This document shows, in pieces, positions 49,442 to 59,979 of a stretch of 64,000 nt of DNA (the stretch's first letter is position 1; every line of letters begins with the position of its first letter). The notes under the pieces were generated by a model. The model made no database searches. It saw only the letters and a list, made by a program, of their open reading frames with translations, and was not told the origin of the DNA. This DNA comes from a virus. The translations under genes were made by a program, and so were the position numbers. The stretch covers positions 28,982 through 92,981 of the IMG/VR virus record IMGVR_UViG_3300008012_000023; one strand, written 5' to 3'.

Positions 49442-50308
49442 ATGGCAAAGACTCTCAGAACATCAGGTGATTACACAATCAAGACCGGCACAGGATTTAC
49501 TGGTGACAACTCGGTAATTTTAGATTCAAAGTTCACAAGAGTCAAGGGCGACCTAATAGTAGACGGCACTGAGGTAACTGTAAACACCACAAATATCACA
49601 GTCGAAGATCAATTCATGGAATTGAACAGAAACAACTCCACAGCGGGTATAGAAGATTCTGGAATTGTATTCAATCAGGGCACGGCGGACCACGCGGTTC
49701 TCTACTATGATGCCAGTTCAAACGAATTCAGGATAGGAACGACACCAACCGTAGATATTGCGGACGGATCAACTATCAAGACAGAGATACAGGACGGCGC
49801 CTTCACTTTGGCAAATATCAAAGTTGCAACAACACCATCAGATTCTAATCACGCCGCATCAAAGAGTTATGTTGACTCACAGGTTTCAGGCGGAGGATTT
49901 GCTATAGGATTCAGAGGAGATGATTCTGCTGTTGTAGATGTTGCTTCAGGAAACAGTGTTTTAATAGCAGGTGGTTCAAATATTTCAACAGCGGCAACCG
50001 AATCAGATACGGTGACAATAACTTTGGATAGAGATCTAAACGGGATAGACACAATTTCAACCGATAGATCAAATCAAGATTTAACATTAACAGCAAACGG
50101 AACAGGATCGGTCGTGATCGAGGATGTATTGACATTCTCGGGCGCCGCTTCAACACCAACAGCCACAACAGTAACCAAATTATACAACAAAACAGCGGCA
50201 GGTGGCGGCACAGGATTATACTTCATTAACTCAAACATCAGCTCTGGTTCAGAGGGAGAACTGATAAGTAAAAAGAAAGCAACTGCTTTGGCAATTGCGT
50301 TAGGATAA
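49442..50308 (+). CDS. Virion fibre-like structural protein
   Basis: GDLIVDGT...VEDQFMELN...GIVFNQG motif shared with other fibres; HAASKSYVD; ends ATALAIALG. Confidence 0.7.
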   Translation: MAKTLRTSGDYTIKTGTGFTGDNSVILDSKFTRVKGDLIVDGTEVTVNTTNITVEDQFMELNRNNSTAGIEDSGIVFNQGTADHAVLYYDASSNEFRIGTTPTVDIADGSTIKTEIQDGAFTLANIKVATTPSDSNHAASKSYVDSQVSGGGFAIGFRGDDSAVVDVASGNSVLIAGGSNISTAATESDTVTITLDRDLNGIDTISTDRSNQDLTLTANGTGSVVIEDVLTFSGAASTPTATTVTKLYNKTAAGGGTGLYFINSNISSGSEGELISKKKATALAIALG

Positions 50309-50311
50309 AAT

Positions 50312-50626
50312 ATGGCTATTACAAATTTTCAAGTCACAGCAAACACGGCATCAGCCGCTTTCACGGCCTCAGCAGACACGGCAGTTACAGTGATTTATGT
50401 CACAAACAAATCTTCATCAGACGGTAACATTAATATATATGTTGTTCCGTCAGGAGACTCTGTTTCAGAAAACTTTAAAATTTACAACAACGTGTTGGTC
50501 CCAGCACAGGACACATACATCGTTGACACAGAAAAATTAATTCTTGAAAACGGTGATGCGATCTACATCGAAGCACCAGACTCTGCGGCGCAGTTCAATG
50601 CAACAATCTCAACAATAGGATTATAA
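50312..50626 (+). CDS. Small beta-rich virion protein
   Basis: 104 aa; TEKLILENGD; located within the structural operon. Confidence 0.6.
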   Translation: MAITNFQVTANTASAAFTASADTAVTVIYVTNKSSSDGNINIYVVPSGDSVSENFKIYNNVLVPAQDTYIVDTEKLILENGDAIYIEAPDSAAQFNATISTIGL

Positions 50627-50628
50627 TC

Positions 50629-51054
50629 ATGGGCAGGCTTTTGAAAAACAGAGAGCTAGACCACGGAGCTCTTGCAGTCAGCGTACCGCCGGTGACTTCT
50701 GATCAGAGACCATCGGGCATCAATGGGCAATTGATCTACAATACACAGACAGGCACTCTACAAGCCTACGACAATGGTTGGTTCAATATTTCAACTGCCA
50801 ACTCTGCTCCGGCAACAATCACACAAGACAACCTAACAGGCGACGGTTCAACTGTGGCTTTCACGATGAGTCTATCGGTTACGGATCAACAGGACGTTTT
50901 GGTTTTCGTTGGCGGTGTATATCAAATACCGGGCACGAACTATTCTGTGTCTGGAACAACAATAACATTTGGTTCTGCTCCACCGGCAGACAACTCAATA
51001 GACAACTCACACCTTATCACTATACTTCACGGTTTTGATTCAATTGGCGCTTAA
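50629..51054 (+). CDS. Virion protein with a GDGST repeat domain
   Basis: TGDGSTVAFTM...VFVGGVYQIPGTNYSVSGTTITFGSAP. Confidence 0.65.
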   Translation: MGRLLKNRELDHGALAVSVPPVTSDQRPSGINGQLIYNTQTGTLQAYDNGWFNISTANSAPATITQDNLTGDGSTVAFTMSLSVTDQQDVLVFVGGVYQIPGTNYSVSGTTITFGSAPPADNSIDNSHLITILHGFDSIGA

Positions 51055-51899
51055 TTGATGTGTCCGAATGATCTCCAAGCACCCGGCTGACCGCCTTTGA
51101 TGCAGATCCAACCCAACACTTCGCCTATGTCTGGTTCTGAATTCCAAACTATAGATCCCTTGGTCCATGTGCCCGTTGTTGGTATGCCGGAAGCGGAAGA
51201 AAAAATCCTATTTTGAAATGCGATGTTGCCAGCGACCTCTAGGTCGTGATCGGGGTTTTGTATACCAACTCCTAATCGACCTTTAACATTTACATCTTTT
51301 TCAAATGATACCTTGCCGTTTGTTGCAACTACAATTCTTTTGGTATCATCGGTTGATATGGCAAACGGTCGTGCTTCGTGTGTGCCTACAAATCCTGTAG
51401 CATCATCACTGCCGATAACGATCTCGACTCCTTCGGCATCGACAGCAAATGTTTTAGATGGTACTGTGGTGTTGATTCCCACTCTTCCATCCGCTACATA
51501 TAAAGTGTCTTTGACTTGTAAATTTTCTAACACACCAACTTTGGTCAGAGAACTTTCTTTGACACTCTTGCCCAGTTTGGTTCTCCATACAACTTCATTG
51601 CCATCAATTCTCAGTGCTTCTTTGACATCCAACACAGGCACTTGAGCTCGATTATATTGTAGAGTTTGGCAATTTATCTTGCCTTGAATAAAAACATCAT
51701 TGTTGATATTTGTTACGTCGTCTGCGATTTCTAATATGTTGTGTGTTGCTGAATCTTTGATACCGGTGCTGGAAAAATTTGTGATTGTGCCCCCGTTGAT
51801 CACGTCTCCAGAGATGGAATCTTTTTTAAAATCTATGTCAGACACCTTGACAGATTTAGCGGTGATTTTTTGTTGGATGTTGATAGGTTTGAGTGCCAT
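51051..51899 (-). CDS. Fibre-like protein on the opposite strand (282 aa)
   Basis: Start MALKPINI at 51899, 8 nt after TAAATA; GRVGINT repeats; C-terminal WTKGSIVWNSEP..GWIC..GG.PGAWRSFG. Confidence 0.7.
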   Translation of the reverse strand: MALKPINIQQKITAKSVKVSDIDFKKDSISGDVINGGTITNFSSTGIKDSATHNILEIADDVTNINNDVFIQGKINCQTLQYNRAQVPVLDVKEALRIDGNEVVWRTKLGKSVKESSLTKVGVLENLQVKDTLYVADGRVGINTTVPSKTFAVDAEGVEIVIGSDDATGFVGTHEARPFAISTDDTKRIVVATNGKVSFEKDVNVKGRLGVGIQNPDHDLEVAGNIAFQNRIFSSASGIPTTGTWTKGSIVWNSEPDIGEVLGWICIKGGQPGAWRSFGHIN

Positions 51900-51963
51900 A
51901 ATAAGAGTATTTATTGATTGATCCATAGGTATGTGATATGTTGGTAAATACGAAAGTAGTATT

Positions 51964-54900
51964 ATGGCATTTAATAAAATTGGTGGAGATCTATTAGAAT
52001 CTAATCTGTTGAGAGCAACAGATATAGCCTTCCAAACGGATTTACTATACATAGATGTAGACAACAATCGGGTCGGTATCAAAACAAATTCGCCGGGCAA
52101 TTTCGCACTTGATGTCAACGGAGCAGTAAGAGTACAAAACGATTTGACTGTTGTGGGAGACCTTATTGTAGAAGGCGAAACCACACAGTTGGACACACAA
52201 AATTTAGAAGTGGAAGACAATATCATTGTCTTGAACAAAAATAACTCAGCGGCAACAGATGCCGGCATAATGATCAACAGAGGAGACGCCCTCGACGACG
52301 CTGTCTTCTATTGGGACGAAACGGTAGATAAATTCCGGTTAGGCACGACTCCGCAAGACGGATCAACTGTCACAGATTTTTCTAACGTCACATTGGCAAA
52401 ACTACAGATAGGTGAGCCAGTTGCAGACGCGGATGCAACAACAAAAAAATATGTTGACGATCAAATTTCTTCTGTGTCATCAAGCGGTGTTACAGGTGAC
52501 AACGTCGAACTCCGTTTACCCGATGATTCAACGTTTGGTGATGGTGCTTATCTAGGACTTACCTCTACAACGTCGGTTACACAGGCAATCGACGATTTAA
52601 ACGAGACCATGGACAATATCAGGGCAGGAACATATTTGAAATCTGTTTCGTTTGTCGCTGACCAAACATCTATCAGTTTGAACGACACAGTCACCCTAAC
52701 AATCACTACCACACCGACAGCAGGAGCAAACACTAGATACACAATCACGTGGGGAGACGGCGACGTTACAACGGCAACATCGGATTCAACACCAAGTCAC
52801 ACCTACGCAGAAAATTCGGGATCACCGTACACAGTCACAGTTAAAGCATTTGAAAACGATGCGGCAGTAACCGACTCGTCGGGATCTTTTGCTACATCAA
52901 CAAGGACAAATTATATTACAGTGGCTACAGCAGAACCTGTTGTAAACTTTTTCATGTACTCGGCCGCATCGGGCGGATCACCTATAACTTCCGCCGACAA
53001 CGGGGCAACAGTTTATTTGGAAAACACAACCACAAACACAAACGGGGCCACAGTTACCTATGAAGTGGACTGGGGAGATACAACCACGAGCACAATCGCC
53101 TCTGATTCAGCGGCGGGAGGGGTATCTGGTTCTAGATTATCTCATACCTATAACAACTCAGCGGCAGATGATGGTTCAAGTATAGGTACAGGGAGCGGAG
53201 ACACAAGATACACAATCACTTTGAAACTTCTCACTCACTCGACAGCAGACCCGGCCGTGATACCTGCCACTGAAAATAAAAATTTTGATGTGTACAGTGA
53301 TCACACTGTGGAATATTCTGTCACTGACTCTACTATTAGAGGAGTAAATGAGGAAAGCACTTCGGGATTTCCAGTCACATTCACGAACGACACAGCAACA
53401 AATCCAGGACCACAATCGACATTTTCGTCAAACATTTACACCTGGAATTTTGGAGAAGGTGATGCCAATACCAACGTCAATGTTGGATCAGGAGCATCGG
53501 GTGACACAGGAAATACAATCGCAAATACATTTAATTTGAGTTCAGGACAGCAATCCGGTGGCACGACACAGACATACACAACCAGTTTAAGTTTGGCTAA
53601 CGGACACTCCAATTCACCTTTCACATATAACATGAACATTATCGTTGAACCGGATGTCAGAGCAAATATTGCCGCGACTGCTGTGACAGTTTCAACCGGA
53701 TCTGGTGATAACCAATACACATTGTATGACACAACAGACCTGGACAGCAACAACAGAGCACTTGCTAGATTCACAAACACATCACAGAACGCCGACGACT
53801 ATGATTATGACTACTTTGATGATTCATCTGACATTGTAAACATAGTGGAAGACGGAGCATCCGCGGGAACTATAGCCGCCACGCTTGACAAAAATTTCAC
53901 AGGAACAAGTAATGGTGCGTTTACAACGAGATTCAGAGCACATGGTACTCCAGATACTATAGAACAAGACGACGAAGAAACCATCACGTGGACAATGAAG
54001 GCAGTGCCGGCGGCACCCGCCGACCTGTCAACTAAATCATTAACTTTGAGTGATTCGGCTCAGGGCACTTCGCCAAAATTATGTGCAGGATTTGACGACA
54101 ACACATCATCATTCGCCACGTTGACTGCGGGTGATTCCTTGAATACAACAACTGCCAGAAGGTATACATCGGGAACAATTGACACAAACACCGTGACCAA
54201 TTTTTACAACGGCGCCACAGGCACACTGTCAGCGGCAATCAATGCCTCAGCGGATGGATCAAAGGCATTCACCACAGCAGAAAACGAAACAGGCACATTC
54301 ACAAGTCTTGTCGTGACATCCAACGTGGATTATGACACGGTAGTAGCCACATATCCTCAAAGACTGTATCTTGTTGCCTCGGCAAGAATTACAAAAGCAT
54401 TGTCGGGATACACAGTTGGCGTAAATGCTCAGAGACTTGAGCACACAACAACCGGAAACACAAATCTAGTTCATGTTGTTAGGGATGACATAACCGCAAC
54501 ACCTACCACTACAATAGGTACTGTGACAGAAAATGTCGCGGGTACATACGAATATGTGTCGGGAATACCGTACTATGACACCAGTTCACCCAGTCTCACT
54601 GTGTCAGGCACCTCGGTTGCTAATTTTACTGGACAGGCCTATGCAGACATTGTTGATCCGCACGAAATTGATCCCGGAACCAATCAGGAATCAACTTCTG
54701 GGTCAATTATTTCCAACTTAAATTTCACTTATGCCAATGTTGATGGCACAAGTTCATTCTTGACAGGCGGGATTCCTAATACAGACACAGGAGTAGCATC
54801 CGCTTATACCTTGGGCGACTTAACGGTACCCCTAACATCAAGTCCTATTATGAGTATCCAAACTATCAAAGCAAGGAGTAAAAATGCTAATGGTACAGGA

Positions 54901-55635
54901 TCTTATTCAGAAACATCAACAAAAATACAAGTTTTCACAGCAACACCGGGAGGTCTTAACAAAGATCAGGGTGGCATTGTTGTCAGCGACTCCCTTGGAG
55001 CCACGTATGACGATGATGCTGTGCGAATTGCGGGATTTGGTTCCTTGTCAGGTGACACTCCATCACTGTTTGACTCGTCAAATGCCAACTACTACACCGA
55101 TCATGCATGGTCCGGAGCAGTCACAGTGGCAGGAACCAACGAAGCAATAGTCAGACCAAGTGCTTCCAGCACCGGTTCAATCAAACATTTCACAACAGAT
55201 CTAAGTTCGGGATATCTCCCATCAGGTCCAGACCTGGCAACAGGTAGATCTGGAGCACAATACTACACATTCGCATTCAGACGAACTTCGGTAGCAAACT
55301 TCACAGTGACACTGACAGGAACAGTTTCGGGATTCTTTATTGCGGCACCAGGCACAGCGATAGATTCCGCTTCGACCTTGAACGGTTGGCTGGATGCCAG
55401 CATACAATATGCGGGATCGGGTGTACCAGGAGCAGACACAGGCAACGGAGGAAACGGTTCCAATGGTTGTGCATTCACAGGCGGAGATATTATTTCAGAC
55501 GGAACAAGTTATTCAAATCAATCATTTACTTTGACGTTGGGATCTGAAAATGCTTCCAATGCCACTGGAAATGTTATTTTGTGTAGAGTAAAATTAAATT
55601 CAGGAGACAGTGTGACAGCACTGAGCATAAGTTAA
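51964..55635 (+). CDS. Large PKD-domain-containing virion fibre/decoration protein
   Basis: 1223 aa; PKD-like YTITWGDG..SHTY, YEVDWGD, YTWNFGEG; N-terminus shared with the genes at 57640 and 61153. Confidence 0.75.
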   Translation: MAFNKIGGDLLESNLLRATDIAFQTDLLYIDVDNNRVGIKTNSPGNFALDVNGAVRVQNDLTVVGDLIVEGETTQLDTQNLEVEDNIIVLNKNNSAATDAGIMINRGDALDDAVFYWDETVDKFRLGTTPQDGSTVTDFSNVTLAKLQIGEPVADADATTKKYVDDQISSVSSSGVTGDNVELRLPDDSTFGDGAYLGLTSTTSVTQAIDDLNETMDNIRAGTYLKSVSFVADQTSISLNDTVTLTITTTPTAGANTRYTITWGDGDVTTATSDSTPSHTYAENSGSPYTVTVKAFENDAAVTDSSGSFATSTRTNYITVATAEPVVNFFMYSAASGGSPITSADNGATVYLENTTTNTNGATVTYEVDWGDTTTSTIASDSAAGGVSGSRLSHTYNNSAADDGSSIGTGSGDTRYTITLKLLTHSTADPAVIPATENKNFDVYSDHTVEYSVTDSTIRGVNEESTSGFPVTFTNDTATNPGPQSTFSSNIYTWNFGEGDANTNVNVGSGASGDTGNTIANTFNLSSGQQSGGTTQTYTTSLSLANGHSNSPFTYNMNIIVEPDVRANIAATAVTVSTGSGDNQYTLYDTTDLDSNNRALARFTNTSQNADDYDYDYFDDSSDIVNIVEDGASAGTIAATLDKNFTGTSNGAFTTRFRAHGTPDTIEQDDEETITWTMKAVPAAPADLSTKSLTLSDSAQGTSPKLCAGFDDNTSSFATLTAGDSLNTTTARRYTSGTIDTNTVTNFYNGATGTLSAAINASADGSKAFTTAENETGTFTSLVVTSNVDYDTVVATYPQRLYLVASARITKALSGYTVGVNAQRLEHTTTGNTNLVHVVRDDITATPTTTIGTVTENVAGTYEYVSGIPYYDTSSPSLTVSGTSVANFTGQAYADIVDPHEIDPGTNQESTSGSIISNLNFTYANVDGTSSFLTGGIPNTDTGVASAYTLGDLTVPLTSSPIMSIQTIKARSKNANGTGSYSETSTKIQVFTATPGGLNKDQGGIVVSDSLGATYDDDAVRIAGFGSLSGDTPSLFDSSNANYYTDHAWSGAVTVAGTNEAIVRPSASSTGSIKHFTTDLSSGYLPSGPDLATGRSGAQYYTFAFRRTSVANFTVTLTGTVSGFFIAAPGTAIDSASTLNGWLDASIQYAGSGVPGADTGNGGNGSNGCAFTGGDIISDGTSYSNQSFTLTLGSENASNATGNVILCRVKLNSGDSVTALSIS

Positions 55636-56657
55636 TGGCAATCACAGACGCAAAAAAAGTTGACTATTTGTGGAAGAAGATAGGTTATGGTGTTGCCAAG
55701 ACCGATACCAATGCCAACAAGAAGGCACCCAATGAATCTATTGCGTCACCATTGTTATTGAACGGAGCAAACACTTGGAACAGGGCAGACCAAATTCCTG
55801 CTGTGTTGCCGGGATCGACAACAGGTGTTGTTACAGTTTATCCAACCAGCACACCCACAGAAGCAGTGGTCGACAACACAACAGTCGAAGCAAACAGGAC
55901 CTGGAAAACCAATTTGATCGACTGGATACCACCAGAATTTGGTTCCACATATCAGGTAAAAGTTTACATCCATACTTCTTCAGATGCGGCCAATGCCGCG
56001 TCTTCGGGAACACAGGTGTTTGCCACAGGTTCGGGCAATAACGACGAGTGGTTCTTTGACTATCAGGCAGGTGTTCTACACTTCATTGGCAGTAACTTGC
56101 CCAACGGTGTAGATTTCACAGGAAAATCTGTCTATATAGCAGGTGGTCGATACACAGGCACAAAAGGTTTACAAAACATTACTTCTAACACAGGAAACTT
56201 TGAATTCAGTGGTTCCACAATGAACCAAACTGTGACCGATGCCGATGTCACGTTTGACACGGCAGGATCGGGCAGTTTCACATTTAGTTCAACAACCGCA
56301 GTGAATCTTCCTTCGGGAACAACAGCGGAGAGGCCGACTGCTACTGCGGGTATGTTGCGTTTTAATTCTGAAACCGGCAAATACGAAGTTTCGGAAGATG
56401 GCTCAACATTTACAACACTAAGAACCGGATCAGAAGCAGGTGACATCACTAAAGATATTTTTACTGGTGACGGCTCAACGACCAATTTCACAATGTCAGT
56501 ATCACCCACAGATGAAAACACAATCATTGTGTATATCGATGGCGTCATGCAGGAGCCAGATACCAACTACACCATTTCGGGAACCACTGTGACCACAGTG
56601 GGAGAAGCCGCACACCCGGGTGCCAGGATCGTGATAATGCATGGATTCGCCGACTAG
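55635..56657 (+). CDS. Virion structural protein
   Basis: KKVDYLWKK..., WFFDYQAGVLHF, LPSGTTAERP..GMLRFN, and a GDGST repeat. Confidence 0.7.
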   Translation: MAITDAKKVDYLWKKIGYGVAKTDTNANKKAPNESIASPLLLNGANTWNRADQIPAVLPGSTTGVVTVYPTSTPTEAVVDNTTVEANRTWKTNLIDWIPPEFGSTYQVKVYIHTSSDAANAASSGTQVFATGSGNNDEWFFDYQAGVLHFIGSNLPNGVDFTGKSVYIAGGRYTGTKGLQNITSNTGNFEFSGSTMNQTVTDADVTFDTAGSGSFTFSSTTAVNLPSGTTAERPTATAGMLRFNSETGKYEVSEDGSTFTTLRTGSEAGDITKDIFTGDGSTTNFTMSVSPTDENTIIVYIDGVMQEPDTNYTISGTTVTTVGEAAHPGARIVIMHGFAD

Positions 56658-57013
56658 GCTATTGTGATTCCTGTGGGAGTGTACACCACTTGCCATTTCT
56701 TCAACTCACCCGTCAGTCTGTTCACAGTGGACAATTCTGGAACGATCTCCCATTCAAATTCTGGTTGTCGGATGATAAAATCATACACATCCTGTCCACT
56801 CTCCAACCACATATTCACTCCCTGTAGATCGTGGTTGCTGTCTATCCTGTACGATTTCCTTAGTATCAGTCTGCACACTCTTTCTACTTTTTGCCTAAAC
56901 AGATTCATCTGTTCCACTAGATCTGGTCTTTCTTGTAAAACATCGTAGGACCTGTTTCGGCAAGGAGCGGGCCATCTAACGGTCAAGTGATACTTGAAAT
57001 TTTTATTTGCCAT
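56654..57013 (-). CDS. Hypothetical protein (119 aa)
   Basis: Start MANKNFKY after GGAG, overlapping the end of the upstream gene. Confidence 0.65.
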   Translation of the reverse strand: MANKNFKYHLTVRWPAPCRNRSYDVLQERPDLVEQMNLFRQKVERVCRLILRKSYRIDSNHDLQGVNMWLESGQDVYDFIIRQPEFEWEIVPELSTVNRLTGELKKWQVVYTPTGITIA

Positions 57014-57545
57014 TTTTGATTTCTCCAAATTGGTTGTAATCGATAACCTCCATGTTGTCGTATGCGTCAAACAGATGGATCTTAGAAGGATTTGGTTTCC
57101 TTACATAAAAAATATTGCTGAAATGGTTGGCTCCCAGTATCAACATTAGTGTCGCCCTCTCGTCTAGGTTCTCTATGTCGTATCCGAAAAGATAGATATT
57201 TTTCTTTTCCAACCATAGAGCCAACATCAAGGCCAGGCTCTGATCGCTGAGATTTTCTGTGGTTTTGCCGGTGCTTTTGACATAGGGCAAAGAAGGCAAG
57301 TTGTCTATCTGTTCAAAAAAAACATATTTTTTGTAAAGTTTGTCGGGAGCAAGTATGATTGTATCCCTGAAACTGGGTGTGTTTAGCATATCCTGAAGCC
57401 TTGTTTCACTGGCCACAGTTGCGTAGGTAAAACTGTTGTTTTTGTGCGTGTTTCCTGCCACCACGGTGTCGCTGAAAGAGACCAGTTTTTGAAGGTCATA
57501 TCGCACGGGAGCGGGTCCGATAACTACGCAGTTTTCTGGGTTCAT
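57003..57545 (-). CDS. Degenerate MptE/Maf-like protein
   Basis: CVVIGPAP...LALMLALWL.KKNIYLFGYD parallels 42366-42989; TAAATA upstream. Confidence 0.5.
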   Translation of the reverse strand: MNPENCVVIGPAPVRYDLQKLVSFSDTVVAGNTHKNNSFTYATVASETRLQDMLNTPSFRDTIILAPDKLYKKYVFFEQIDNLPSLPYVKSTGKTTENLSDQSLALMLALWLEKKNIYLFGYDIENLDERATLMLILGANHFSNIFYVRKPNPSKIHLFDAYDNMEVIDYNQFGEIKNGK

Positions 57546-57639
57546 AGTGTATTGTACTATTTAACGGGCACAAAATCAAGTTTTACAATAAATACTGACG
57601 TTATAACACAAAAAAAAACAAACGTTTGGAGATTAAACA

Positions 57640-59874
57640 ATGGCAATAGGTAGAATATCAGGACAGATGTTGAAGTCTAACCTTTTAAGGTCGGGCACGG
57701 ATTTAGCATTCGAGACAACATTATTGGTCCTTGACGTAACAAATTCAAGAGTGGGTATTGGTACAGCCAGCCCAGCAACAACTTTTCACGTATCGGCGAC
57801 TGACGCATTAAGATTACCAGCAGGTTCAGATGCACAAAGACCTGGTTCACCAGCAAACGGTGACATCAGATACAACTCAGACCAGGCAAGGATCGAAGGT
57901 TATTCCAACGGTGCTTGGGCCAACCTGGCATCGGGCACACTGATCAAGGATTTAGACGAGGACACATCAGTCGACGTTGAACCTTCATCGGATCTAGATG
58001 AAATACATTTCTCGGTAGCAGGCACAAAGCGAATGAAAATCGCGGGAGCAACTATCGAAGCAGGTGTCACAGGAATCTCGACAACAGCATCGACAATCAC
58101 AAGTTTGACCACTAACGGCGACATCACGTTCACTCCAAACGGAACTGGTAAAGTGATAGTGACAGATGGTACAACATTACAGACTAACACAGCAGACATC
58201 AATGGTGGTGCAATCGACGGTGTCACAATTGGTGCGGCTTCGGCGGCGACACACTTGAATGTAAGCGGTGGTACAGTTACAATTACTGACACTGGCGGCG
58301 ACGGTACTATGGACGGTGTGATCATCGGTGGTACAACAGCGGCGGCTGGTACTTTCACAACTGTAACTACAACAGGTAACGCTACCATTGGCGGTAACTT
58401 GACAGTACAGGGTACAACCACAACTATCGATTCAACAACATTAGTGGTTGAAGATCCACTTATCCAATTAGCCAAAAACAACTCAGGCGGAGCGGCGAAC
58501 ATATTTGACCAAGGTCTATTCTTCAACAGGGGATCGTTGGACAACGTTTCTTTCCTATGGGACGAATCAGCGGACCAATTCGTGTTCGCGGTGACATCAG
58601 CAGAGGATGGTACAACAGCAGGTAACGTTACTATTGACAGTTACGCAGATCTTCAGATCAAAAACTTAACCGCAAATGAAATTACTGTAGACGGACTATT
58701 ACTGTCTGATAACCAGATCGGCGGAACAAGATCGAACGACGACATCTTGATCGTGCCATCGGGTACAGGTTCAGTGAGAATTGACAAAGTCGACATCAAC
58801 GGTGGTGCCATCGATGGCGCTATCATAGGTGCCAATTCGGCGGCGGCTGGTACTTTCACTACATTAGAAACATCACAAACAATCACGGTAAATGCAGATT
58901 CACAAGCAGTAAGAATTGGTGCTGGTAATGACCTGCAGTTATCACATGACGGCACAAACTCTATCATAAGCAACGCAACTGGTGACTTACAGATCACTGG
59001 TGTCGCTGGATCAGAAGTTGTGTTCAACGAAGCAGGTGCCAACATCGACTTCAGAATAGAAGGTGACACAGACACTGATCTATTCGTAGTTGACGCATCA
59101 GCAGATGGTATTGGTATATCCACAGCGGCTGGTTCGGTCAGTTATGTATTAGATGCTTCTGGAAGCACTGACGCATTTAGATTACCATCAGGTAACACAT
59201 CGGCTAGACCTACAGCGGCAACTGGTATTATTAGATTCAACTCACAGACAGGAAAATACGAAGGTTGTACAGACGGATCAACTTACGTCGAGTTCGCAAC
59301 TGCGGGCGACACACCGATCTTCTCAAAAGTTTCTGCGACAGGTGATGGATCTACAACTACTTTCACTGGTTTCTTTGGCTCTGCTCCGGCAAACGCCAAC
59401 AACGTGTTCGTTTACATCGACAACGTTTACCAGGAACCAACTGAAAACTACACAGTATCATCAACAAACATCACGTTCACTAGTGCTCCTCACTCGGGTG
59501 CGAGAATATTCGCAATCTCAGGTGCTGACAACACAGCACTGGTATCGGGAGGAGTTGCGAGATCAGAGACAAGTTCGACCAACTTCACGTCGACTGCTAC
59601 TACACTCATGAGTTTCAATGCCACGACTTACAGATCAGCAGAAGCATTTATCACAACAACTGATAGTTCGAACGCTGAATACGAAGTGGCCAAAGCATTG
59701 ATTGTACACGACGGCTCAACTGCCTATGTCACAGTTTATGGTCAGACTTCTTCTACAGGATCAGACCTATCAACTTACTCAGCGACACTGTCAGGTGGCT
59801 CTGTGCTGTTACAGGGAGTATCAGCAGGCGGTCAACAGTCAGCCAAGGTACAGTACTCGTTATCAGGCGTATAA
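57640..59874 (+). CDS. Virion fibre protein
   Basis: MAIGRISG..LKSNL.R.GTDLAFET N-terminus, DINGGAIDG repeats, GDGST repeat and C-terminal YRSA..HDG domain. Confidence 0.75.
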   Translation: MAIGRISGQMLKSNLLRSGTDLAFETTLLVLDVTNSRVGIGTASPATTFHVSATDALRLPAGSDAQRPGSPANGDIRYNSDQARIEGYSNGAWANLASGTLIKDLDEDTSVDVEPSSDLDEIHFSVAGTKRMKIAGATIEAGVTGISTTASTITSLTTNGDITFTPNGTGKVIVTDGTTLQTNTADINGGAIDGVTIGAASAATHLNVSGGTVTITDTGGDGTMDGVIIGGTTAAAGTFTTVTTTGNATIGGNLTVQGTTTTIDSTTLVVEDPLIQLAKNNSGGAANIFDQGLFFNRGSLDNVSFLWDESADQFVFAVTSAEDGTTAGNVTIDSYADLQIKNLTANEITVDGLLLSDNQIGGTRSNDDILIVPSGTGSVRIDKVDINGGAIDGAIIGANSAAAGTFTTLETSQTITVNADSQAVRIGAGNDLQLSHDGTNSIISNATGDLQITGVAGSEVVFNEAGANIDFRIEGDTDTDLFVVDASADGIGISTAAGSVSYVLDASGSTDAFRLPSGNTSARPTAATGIIRFNSQTGKYEGCTDGSTYVEFATAGDTPIFSKVSATGDGSTTTFTGFFGSAPANANNVFVYIDNVYQEPTENYTVSSTNITFTSAPHSGARIFAISGADNTALVSGGVARSETSSTNFTSTATTLMSFNATTYRSAEAFITTTDSSNAEYEVAKALIVHDGSTAYVTVYGQTSSTGSDLSTYSATLSGGSVLLQGVSAGGQQSAKVQYSLSGV

Positions 59875-59895
59875 TAGATAACAAACACTAAATTC

Positions 59896-59938
59896 AACCC
59901 CCTGCGGTAAATAACAACACTGCAGGGGGTTTTCTTTT
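59896..59938 (+). terminator. Terminator-like hairpin with TAAATA in its loop
   Basis: 13-bp stem AACCCCCTGCGGT/ACTGCAGGGGGTT followed by TTCTTTT. Confidence 0.65.
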
Positions 59939-59979
59939 GCAGGAGTATATCAAACATAACATGAGGGAGAAATGGAACC

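Noticed and set aside
51900-52277. ORF-track N-terminal extensions (also 29230-29283, 31372-31455, 34957-35034, 48889-48963, 57014-57070)
   Set aside because: They run across promoters, leaders or opposing genes; downstream ATGs fit the promoter/SD signals and protein motifs better.
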